DNA from: a virus
DNA length: 64,000 bases
IMG/VR virus record: IMGVR_UViG_3300010885_049871
Coordinates: 1-64,000 of that record
Direction: 5' to 3' (one strand)
How positions within the stretch are numbered: the stretch's first letter is position 1; each line of letters begins with the position of its first letter. Made by a program: the position numbers and the translations under genes. A model generated the notes under the pieces. The model did no database searches. It was not told the origin of the DNA and was given only the letters and a program-made list of their open reading frames with translations. Below are positions 56,478-64,000 of this stretch, piece after piece.

Positions 56478-57663
56478 TGTATATTCTTTCTAATAGAGTA
56501 TTTAATCTGCCAGATTTTGTACTGCAAAATAACTGTTGATTGTATTCAATGTCACTGCGGCAACTTTCAAACCATGTGTGCAAGTCTTGTGACTTTATGT
56601 GTGCAATTGCCGATCGAACAGCAATCCAGCGTTCAGTATTGTTTTGTATGCTATCGTAACTGTTGTCTATAGCATGATCAAATGTACGATAACCCATCTT
56701 TCTCAGTGCGGCCAATGAACCCGGGCAACCTATTATAACAAAAGGCTGTCCGTGTTTGATTGCCTTGAATGTTTTTTCAGTTAAGAATGCGCCACCAGAT
56801 CCGTCAGCATCAAAGTGAGTTTCTAGCACTATGTTACAGTAACTTTCTGCGTGGTGATCAATTTCAATTATATGATGATCGTTATGTTGTGATGCAGTTT
56901 TTGCATCACAAGTGTATGGACCATTGGATAAAAATTCTGTGATGTCTGAACGAATACCCAAGGTATCTACTTCAATGGGATTGTCTGTTTCGGATTCATC
57001 CAATGCTATGTCAGTTCCGTAACTCCAGTAGCTATTTTCTAATAGTCCTGCACGATGTAAGTCGGTCATCACAGTGGCTCGCCACCATTTGTGTGTTCTG
57101 CTGAGCACAGTAAAATTGTGTGTTCGACGTTTGGAATGTATAGGGGTTGGAGCAATTTGGCGATTGCGATGCCAGTACAGCAGTTCGTGATCAGAAAAGT
57201 ACACAAAATTTTTGATCTTGTCGGCTGCTGTGTTACCACTGATAAACCGGTAGCAGGTTGACGGCAATTGATGATGTTGACACAGGTCATCCAACCGCTG
57301 TTTGATATGATACGGATTGTCGCCTTCGTGATAGTAGAACAACACAGTCAGTTGTTCCTGCTGCAATTGCTGACGAGTTGTGGTCGACATCAATGCAAAG
57401 TAATCAACATCAAAATTAAAAAAACCTATGCCTACCGTGTAGTATGGAATGGTAGTATTGTCGACAGTGTTGAACTCGCACAAGTTATAGTCAATGCCAT
57501 GCGTATTAAAATGTTCGTACAGTTCAACCGGTACAGTGTTGGGCCACTGTTGAACAAATTGTCTCCAGGCAGCAGTATAAGGTTCAGCTGACCATTTTGC
57601 TAATTCTGGATATGCTTTGTGTTTGACAACACGGCTGGCTACAAAATTATTTGAGTAACCCAT
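56470..57663 (-). CDS. Putative GT-B glycosyltransferase-like protein (EK..PF..GF.TF family)
   Basis: NIVLET, FLTEKTFKAI.HGQPF..IG..GSL..LR.MGYRTFD..IDNSYD. Confidence 0.5.
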   Translation of the reverse strand: MGYSNNFVASRVVKHKAYPELAKWSAEPYTAAWRQFVQQWPNTVPVELYEHFNTHGIDYNLCEFNTVDNTTIPYYTVGIGFFNFDVDYFALMSTTTRQQLQQEQLTVLFYYHEGDNPYHIKQRLDDLCQHHQLPSTCYRFISGNTAADKIKNFVYFSDHELLYWHRNRQIAPTPIHSKRRTHNFTVLSRTHKWWRATVMTDLHRAGLLENSYWSYGTDIALDESETDNPIEVDTLGIRSDITEFLSNGPYTCDAKTASQHNDHHIIEIDHHAESYCNIVLETHFDADGSGGAFLTEKTFKAIKHGQPFVIIGCPGSLAALRKMGYRTFDHAIDNSYDSIQNNTERWIAVRSAIAHIKSQDLHTWFESCRSDIEYNQQLFCSTKSGRLNTLLERIYNV

Positions 57664-58738
57664 CCAGCATTCCAGTTAATTCTGCCCACAACACATGTGA
57701 CAACCCGCCACGATAAAAATGTTGAAAATTGTGTTCCACTATGGGTATGCATGCACGGTGTATTTGTTGCCGTTCTTGATGGCTAAGATTGTCTAAATCT
57801 TTTAATACCTGGGTAACTTTTTCCACTCGTAATATATCGTCAGTCTCAAGATCATAACTCTCATTAAAAATACCGTCAAATGTTTTAAATCCGTAACTGC
57901 GCATATACTCTAAACTGTGTGCTGGTGCAACCAACACAAACGGCATTTCTAAAGCAATGGCTTTGAATGTTTTTTCTGTTATGTGTGTCCTACGGCCAAA
58001 ATAAACTGTTTCAGTTGGTACATACACCAAACTATCTTGTGCTTCTGCATAGTTACCTAACCAGCAACTGGTCATTTGTTGTGATTCTTCGCCGGCAAAC
58101 AATCTTGGTAAAATTGCATCATCGAACACTTGCGAAATATCTGGATATGTGCTACAATATTTGTTAGCTACAACGCTTATGTCAACATTTTCGTATTGGC
58201 ATGTACGTGGCACACTAATATGATTATGTTCTAATCCTTGCTTGAATATGTTATACAAAAATAGTACACGATGATCACGCTTGCCGCCTACAATGCGATT
58301 GGGACTCATAAAAGTCTTTGTGGGCGCACGATCTCTTGCACGGGGAATTAAGAATGATTTATCGTAACCACGAAACCAGTCTTGGCAAGCCCAGCCATGA
58401 TAAAAGTAGTAGTGACTTTTCCACCCATATGTGGCACATAGACGTTCAACATATTCGCCATGCTCACTTACAACTACATGTCCGCGAGGCTTTGCATGGA
58501 TATCATTGTTGCGTCCAATGACATCGTCAAACAATGGCTTATATTCTTCTACCCAACAAGGTTCTTGATCGTGCATCCATACATAGTCGGTTTCTACAAT
58601 GTTCTCACTTCCCAAGTTAAATAAAGAGTCCGGGCTAGTTGAGCCAGGCGGATCACAAAAAAACAATCTCGCGCCAGGCTTATTTTTTTGCAGCCAAGGC
58701 CAAAAAGTATTATTATAAATCTCGTCTATTCTAATCAT
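57647..58738 (-). CDS. Putative GT-B glycosyltransferase-like protein (EK..PF..GF.TF family)
   Basis: R.HR, VPTET, HITEKTFKAI...MPF, YGFKTF...NESYD, HNF.HF. Confidence 0.5.
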   Translation of the reverse strand: MIRIDEIYNNTFWPWLQKNKPGARLFFCDPPGSTSPDSLFNLGSENIVETDYVWMHDQEPCWVEEYKPLFDDVIGRNNDIHAKPRGHVVVSEHGEYVERLCATYGWKSHYYFYHGWACQDWFRGYDKSFLIPRARDRAPTKTFMSPNRIVGGKRDHRVLFLYNIFKQGLEHNHISVPRTCQYENVDISVVANKYCSTYPDISQVFDDAILPRLFAGEESQQMTSCWLGNYAEAQDSLVYVPTETVYFGRRTHITEKTFKAIALEMPFVLVAPAHSLEYMRSYGFKTFDGIFNESYDLETDDILRVEKVTQVLKDLDNLSHQERQQIHRACIPIVEHNFQHFYRGGLSHVLWAELTGMLDGLLK

Positions 58739-61160
58739 GTTTGATGTATTTTATTCTGGAACCAAGCCCAATTTGTTTGCTCATGAACAAGCAGTAGATA
58801 CCATTGAACAGGCACAACAGCAGAGTCGTACTCGTTTCTTTTGGTTTGTAAATTACTTATCAGATTATACAGACTTTGATTTTCTTTGGGAACCTGTACC
58901 ATGGCAGAGCAAATACACGCACACATGGCCTAGCCAACATCATGCTTATTCGGGCACCTACCTTGTGCCCAAGTCAGGAGAGATCAACTACCACTTTCAT
59001 GATCAAGTTATTCCTAACCAACACATTCCTGCTAATGTTAGCACTCTGGTGGATAATGCAGAATTTGATTACTCATGGTCGCCACATCCGCATGACCCTC
59101 CTTATATCTATGTGTTTGGCAATCAATGGTGGCCTGCTGAAGTATTTCCCACTGTGCAATACACAGTGTCTGGTGCAACCGAAGTCAAGTACATGACATA
59201 TCCCACTGCAAAATTGCCCAGCAACATAATTCATTGGGTCACTACCACAGAGTTACCATTTACTTTTGATTATTCTTGGCAACCCGACCCCGGAGACGCT
59301 CCTTATATCTATGTGTTTGGCAATCAGCATTGGTCAGGAGAAATCATGCCCACAGTGGAATATCATTCGCCAGGCGCAACCGATCGCAAATATGTACATT
59401 GGCCCCGTGCTCAATTACTACCAACTTCGGCATGCTGGACTGTGCCCGAGGGACTGACCGAGGTAGACTTGACTTGGTGTCCCAACCCCGGTGACCCGCC
59501 AATGATTTATCAGTTTGGTACTCAGTGGCAACGCACCGGTGGTCCGGTCTATTCTGTAACAAGCGCAACAGAAACCAAGTATGAAATCAAGTATGTGAGT
59601 TATCCTAGAGCTACCAAAGTTGTTAGAGATCCGGACTGGACAGTGCCAGACGGTGTAGATACCAGTACATTTGATTGGACCTGGCATCCAGATGCAACTG
59701 AACCACCATATGTGTATCAATTTGGCACACAGCATCAACGCACCGGTGGCCCTTGCTACACTGTCCCGACAGCGACCGAAGTCAAGTATGTGGATCAGAT
59801 ACGCATCCAGGCAGATGCTACGACAGCAGTGATTTATGAAATTGATCACTTGGATGGTAATGCAGGACAAATACTCAACACTGTAAAACGTGTACGTTAT
59901 TTTGACAACTATCGAGATACCCTGATACGACTGGCCAAAAGCATTGGTCCAGAACATGAATGGGTGTGGGTATGCAGTAGCATTTGCGACTACGCAGGCT
60001 TTGACTTTAGCTGGCATCCAGAACAATGGCAAGCCACAATGCTGCATGTATTCAGTTCAGGCGAACAAAAATTTGGTGACACCTTCTTTATGCATGTGCC
60101 TACTTTTGCTGCCAGGGCCGAAAAGAAAGCATTACTGGAATGGTATGATGTAAATTTTGTAACCGCAGCAGTGCCACGCAGACCCATGCCTGTGATAGAA
60201 CACCACAACGATAGTCATGTTGATGCAGTTAAAAGCTCAAGCTGGTCTGGACCACTTGCAACATTTACCAACACCGACTATGTAACAGGCGATTTAGTCA
60301 CAGTACCACTATGGCGTGCAGAAACCAAAACAATTGTACCGCTGAGTCCGGGCGCTTCCAGTGTGATTGTACCCAGGACAGCAGTTGGGCACATTCAAAC
60401 ACAGTTGTATGACTATGCTTATATAGATCGAACACATCGCTTACTAAAAGACCGACCACTGGATATTGTTTTTATCAGCAACGGCGAGACAATAACCAAT
60501 GAAACATTTGCACATTTACAAAATGTCACTGGCAATTTGTTTAGAGAACAACGAATACATCATGTAAAAGGCGTCAACGGCCGTGTAGCAGCCTATCATG
60601 CTGCTGCTGAAGCCAGCAGTACTCCTTGGTTCTTTGCAGTGTTTGCCAAACTGTTTGTGGATGAAAAATTCAATTGGGACTGGCAACCCGATCGTATGCA
60701 ACAGCCCAAACATTATATTTTTCATGCATTGAATCCTGTCAATGGATTGGTATATGGTCACCAAGCAATGATTGCCTACAACCGGCAACTGGTGTTAAAC
60801 AATCCCGGGCACGGTCTAGACTTTACACTGGACGACGAACATGAAGTTGTGCCTATATTGTCTGGTACTGCTGTGTACAACATGTCACCGTGGGTGGCAT
60901 GGCGCACTGCATTCCGCGAAGCACTCAAACTAAAAATCAGTTTGCCAGATGTGGAAAATGAGTTTAGATTAACTCAGTGGTTAAGTACCAATCCCGGCAG
61001 TCAACACATTGCCAATGAAGAATGGAGTCGTTGGGGCGCAGAGGATGCGGTTGAATACTACAATGAAGTCGACGGGGATTTTGCAGCTCTTAAAAAGAGC
61101 TACGAGTGGGCGTGGCTAGCCAGTTATGCGTTTATCAAACGCAGTCTAGTACCTGATTAA
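58737..61160 (+). CDS. Repeat-containing protein with C-terminal glycosyltransferase-like domain (paralogue of 37935-38861)
   Basis: Four ~67-aa Trp/Pro-rich repeats; C-terminal DIVFISNGE..GV.GR.AAYHAAA..S..NGLVYG..AWRTAFRE.LKL. Confidence 0.65.
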   Translation: MFDVFYSGTKPNLFAHEQAVDTIEQAQQQSRTRFFWFVNYLSDYTDFDFLWEPVPWQSKYTHTWPSQHHAYSGTYLVPKSGEINYHFHDQVIPNQHIPANVSTLVDNAEFDYSWSPHPHDPPYIYVFGNQWWPAEVFPTVQYTVSGATEVKYMTYPTAKLPSNIIHWVTTTELPFTFDYSWQPDPGDAPYIYVFGNQHWSGEIMPTVEYHSPGATDRKYVHWPRAQLLPTSACWTVPEGLTEVDLTWCPNPGDPPMIYQFGTQWQRTGGPVYSVTSATETKYEIKYVSYPRATKVVRDPDWTVPDGVDTSTFDWTWHPDATEPPYVYQFGTQHQRTGGPCYTVPTATEVKYVDQIRIQADATTAVIYEIDHLDGNAGQILNTVKRVRYFDNYRDTLIRLAKSIGPEHEWVWVCSSICDYAGFDFSWHPEQWQATMLHVFSSGEQKFGDTFFMHVPTFAARAEKKALLEWYDVNFVTAAVPRRPMPVIEHHNDSHVDAVKSSSWSGPLATFTNTDYVTGDLVTVPLWRAETKTIVPLSPGASSVIVPRTAVGHIQTQLYDYAYIDRTHRLLKDRPLDIVFISNGETITNETFAHLQNVTGNLFREQRIHHVKGVNGRVAAYHAAAEASSTPWFFAVFAKLFVDEKFNWDWQPDRMQQPKHYIFHALNPVNGLVYGHQAMIAYNRQLVLNNPGHGLDFTLDDEHEVVPILSGTAVYNMSPWVAWRTAFREALKLKISLPDVENEFRLTQWLSTNPGSQHIANEEWSRWGAEDAVEYYNEVDGDFAALKKSYEWAWLASYAFIKRSLVPD
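59064..59800 (+). repeat. Four ~200-nt coding repeats (FDYSW.P.P.DPPYIY.FG.Q)
   Basis: Units start at about 59064, 59265, 59463 and 59670; a 28-nt exact duplicate lies at 59098-59125 and 59299-59326. Confidence 0.85.
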
Positions 61161-61169
61161 TGATATTAT

Positions 61170-61979
61170 CTATCTTAAAGAATTTACATGTTCTTTTATA
61201 ACATCATAGATAAGTGATGTATTAACAGGATAATCTATATTATCAAACGGTGGTCCTTGATAAAGTTTACACATCTTGGATAAATTAAAATTAATCCACC
61301 CTTGTTCAACAATTGTACAATTAATTTCTGTATCACTATTGGAAAATATATCATTGATTAAGTAATTACATTTTTTAAACGATTGCCATCCCTGATTATA
61401 TTGTATAAATGTTTTCCATAAATGATATAATGACTGATCGGGAAAAAATGCCTGACTTAAAAAGTTAGACAGATCAGTTAGTGCTATACAAAAATCGTTA
61501 AAAGAAAAAAATGCTTCAAACGGAAAGTCAAAGATCTGATTTGAAATTTTAGGAAAATCTTTATAATAAGGTACATACTCATCTTGATTATTAAACTTGC
61601 TATACCAACTATTTCGATACTCAACAGGGTTATTTCTAATAGGTTCTGAAACTGACAATAGTTGCTTTTCAAACCCAACATCGCCAGCTTTACATAGTAG
61701 ATTAGTCAACGCAATAAAAAACATATTATTGTTATTTTTTGGCATTATTATTCTAATAACAGTATCGGTGTTTTCTATTTGTTGTTGACTGGAAAAATGT
61801 CCACATTTAATTTGTCGATTATTTAAATAATTTTTGTCGGGTGCATGAGCCGAATAAGTTGGCGGTTTAAATATACTTAACTTGCTCGGAGGTGTTTGCA
61901 TAATATAAACATTACTAACATATTCTAGGAAATGCCCGTGTGTACTACCGTGGAAGTCTATTTTTATTATGTTAAGCAT
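61170..61979 (-). CDS. AT-rich hypothetical protein (possibly P-loop/sulfotransferase-like)
   Basis: 269-aa ORF; N-terminal IDFHGSTHGHFL loop only weakly suggestive. Confidence 0.5.
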   Translation of the reverse strand: MLNIIKIDFHGSTHGHFLEYVSNVYIMQTPPSKLSIFKPPTYSAHAPDKNYLNNRQIKCGHFSSQQQIENTDTVIRIIMPKNNNNMFFIALTNLLCKAGDVGFEKQLLSVSEPIRNNPVEYRNSWYSKFNNQDEYVPYYKDFPKISNQIFDFPFEAFFSFNDFCIALTDLSNFLSQAFFPDQSLYHLWKTFIQYNQGWQSFKKCNYLINDIFSNSDTEINCTIVEQGWINFNLSKMCKLYQGPPFDNIDYPVNTSLIYDVIKEHVNSLR

Positions 61980-63055
61980 GCTAATACCTGATCAATAACA
62001 TAGTCCACTTCACTATCCGTTAGTTCAGGATAGATTGGTAGACTCAATGCTCGTCTACTCAATGCACTTGCAGCACTGACAATACTGGGCCCAGCATACT
62101 GTTGATATGCATCTAGTTCGTGCAGCGGATGTTGATAATGCACTCGGGTTTCTATGCCCGCAGATCGTAGGGCAACTTGCAGTTGGTCTCGATTGCTGGT
62201 ATCAATAACAAACTTGTGAAAACAGTGAGCGGATACATTTGAGTCATCGATCAAACAACGAAACGGTGCATCTCGAAATGCCGCCATGTATTGACGTGCA
62301 ATGCTTTCTCTGCGAGCTTGCCATTGATCTAGATACGCAGTCTTCGCCATCATTTGCGCACAGTCTACTTCGCTCATTCTTGAGTTAGAGCCGGTTCGTG
62401 CATGGCCGGATCGTTTACCGTTGTCACACCAGTTACGAGCATAGTCACTTAGATTGCGATCATTGGTGACAACGGCACCGCCGTTGCCGTAGTTGTTTAG
62501 ATTTTTCATAGGGTCAAAACTGATAGCACTGGCTTCACCCAACCGATGACACTGGTCAGACAACCAGTGTTGTGCTGCATCTTCAATGAGCAAGGGTTTG
62601 ATCCGGCGTAGGTTGTCGTGCAATGCTGCCCCATACAATCCAATGCCAAGTATGGCATGGTAATTAAGATCCCGCGGTATATCGCCAAATTTTATGTTGC
62701 CGTATGCATCAGTATCAATCAAGTGTATGTTCCATCCTGCTCGTACAAACGCATTTGCACTGGCCGGAAACGTCATGGCAGGAATCAACACCGTGGGTGG
62801 GGTTGGCTGGACATACAGGCTATTCTCTGTACGGTAATAACCAGCCAGTATTTCCAAGGCCTGCGTACCCGAGTGACACAGCACTGCATAATTTGAATGA
62901 TTTTTTGCTGCCAACCATTCCTCAAACTGCTGAGTGAACGGGCCGTTCATGAGATTGCCAGATGCTAGTACCTGATCAGTAACATCTAGTATCTCTTTTC
63001 TTAGATTGGCGTACTGTCTTTGAAGACCAGTAAACGCTATTTGAAAACCGTTCAT
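61967..63055 (-). CDS. DegT/DnrJ/EryC1/StrS family PLP sugar aminotransferase
   Basis: SGTQAL, TFPASANA, IEDAAQ, SFDPMKNL..GNGGA, GSNSRM, LSLPIYPEL. Confidence 0.92.
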   Translation of the reverse strand: MNGFQIAFTGLQRQYANLRKEILDVTDQVLASGNLMNGPFTQQFEEWLAAKNHSNYAVLCHSGTQALEILAGYYRTENSLYVQPTPPTVLIPAMTFPASANAFVRAGWNIHLIDTDAYGNIKFGDIPRDLNYHAILGIGLYGAALHDNLRRIKPLLIEDAAQHWLSDQCHRLGEASAISFDPMKNLNNYGNGGAVVTNDRNLSDYARNWCDNGKRSGHARTGSNSRMSEVDCAQMMAKTAYLDQWQARRESIARQYMAAFRDAPFRCLIDDSNVSAHCFHKFVIDTSNRDQLQVALRSAGIETRVHYQHPLHELDAYQQYAGPSIVSAASALSRRALSLPIYPELTDSEVDYVIDQVLACLT

Positions 63056-64000
63056 ACTGTTTTTTCTTTAAATTCTTTAAGAATCTTCTCAATTGTTTTC
63101 TTTGAAGGACTTACTTTTTTAAACAGTTGTCCAAAAATCATACGAAAAAATTTATGGCGTTTGCGTGGTGTATCTTGCCACCAACTGGGCTCTTGATAAA
63201 TTATAGTGTCAGCTTGATCGCACACTTTCTTTAAGTTGTCTGTGCCTCCCACATCTGCCAAGCTGGTGTAGTAGATGCCTGGTTGTAATTTATCGTGTAC
63301 ATTATCCGTGGTGATTTTTACAGCATTGCGATCACGATCTCGCGCACTAACTTCTAGGTACCATCCCAGTGGATGTACATGGTCACCAATGTACACAATT
63401 ATTTTACCAAAATCAATGCCGAGATCTGCGCCTGCATACCCGTATTGTTTAATTAATTTGGCAAATTCAGGAAACACATGATCGAAGTTTTCTTTTCTAA
63501 TCTCATCCAACGCCTGTGTTATCTGTAAAAATTGTTGCCAGTTCGCAGGCACCACTGGCTGATTTAACCAGTTTACAAATTCATCAAATGCGTTATCATC
63601 TTTTAGTACTTCAATCACTTGAGATTTTAATGCTTGGGGCATGTGTTTAATGTTGAGCCATTCAGGCTCAACCAACAAGTTCCAGAAAGGATCATTGCCC
63701 AACAGTTGTTTTACTTGTTGTTTTATCTGTGGCAAATAAAAGATGTTCAGTATGCTTACAGTAGTAATTGACGTAATTGTAACTGGAACTGCATGCTGTA
63801 AAAAATATGCTTGCCATTGTTTGATATTTGAAACTAATTTTTCATAGTCTAATCCGTGACGGGTATATTCAAAATGTGCGCCAATGCCATCAATGCTGAC
63901 ACCAATTTCAACACTGCGGAACCGATGTAACAATGGAATACGATTGACAATGTCCGAGCTGCCATTGGTGTTTATATACAAGTCTATGTGCGAACTATTT
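63052..64000 (-). CDS. Radical SAM-like protein, C-terminal part (N-terminus outside the window)
   Basis: INTNG, VSIDG.G..FEYTR.G, T.SILN..YL, LD.IR.ENF..VFPE as in the neighbouring twitch radical SAM paralogues; CxxxCxxC not within the window. Confidence 0.7.
   Translation of the reverse strand, partial: NSSHIDLYINTNGSSDIVNRIPLLHRFRSVEIGVSIDGIGAHFEYTRHGLDYEKLVSNIKQWQAYFLQHAVPVTITSITTVSILNIFYLPQIKQQVKQLLGNDPFWNLLVEPEWLNIKHMPQALKSQVIEVLKDDNAFDEFVNWLNQPVVPANWQQFLQITQALDEIRKENFDHVFPEFAKLIKQYGYAGADLGIDFGKIIVYIGDHVHPLGWYLEVSARDRDRNAVKITTDNVHDKLQPGIYYTSLADVGGTDNLKKVCDQADTIIYQEPSWWQDTPRKRHKFFRMIFGQLFKKVSPSKKTIEKILKEFKEKTV

Noticed and set aside
59064-59800. DGR template/variable repeat pair
   Set aside because: Differences are not adenine-specific, the repeats are in-frame protein units, and no reverse transcriptase is present in the window.

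Overview
This 64 kb window is a gene-dense segment of a large T4-like (myovirus, probably jumbo) phage genome read in the standard code. From left to right: (1) A non-coding, hairpin-rich stretch (1-254, running off the window edge) directly downstream of a small GIY-YIG nuclease gene, followed by gp46/gp47 recombination nuclease and a gp55-like late sigma factor, all on the - strand. (2) A + strand baseplate/tail module (4.7-35.4 kb) with gp48/54-like, gp53, two hub-like ORFs, gp5/VgrG-like, gp25, gp6, a 4811-aa giant structural protein and tail-fibre genes. It has TAAATA late-promoter motifs and ends in a cUUCGg terminator. (3) An accessory tailoring-enzyme island of at least 28 kb (35.5 kb to past the window end). 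It holds several glycosyltransferase-like genes, at least 8 radical SAM enzymes (5 with N-terminal twitch-type Cys motifs), a NodU/TobZ carbamoyltransferase, an amidinotransferase, a DegT aminotransferase, a 2OG-Fe(II) oxygenase, an SDR/epimerase, two SGNH-like proteins and an S11 D-Ala-D-Ala peptidase. The two best candidates for undescribed systems are the aminoglycoside-like glycan-modification island and the GIY-YIG plus structured-RNA pair. All assignments come from motif reading by eye; no database searches were run.
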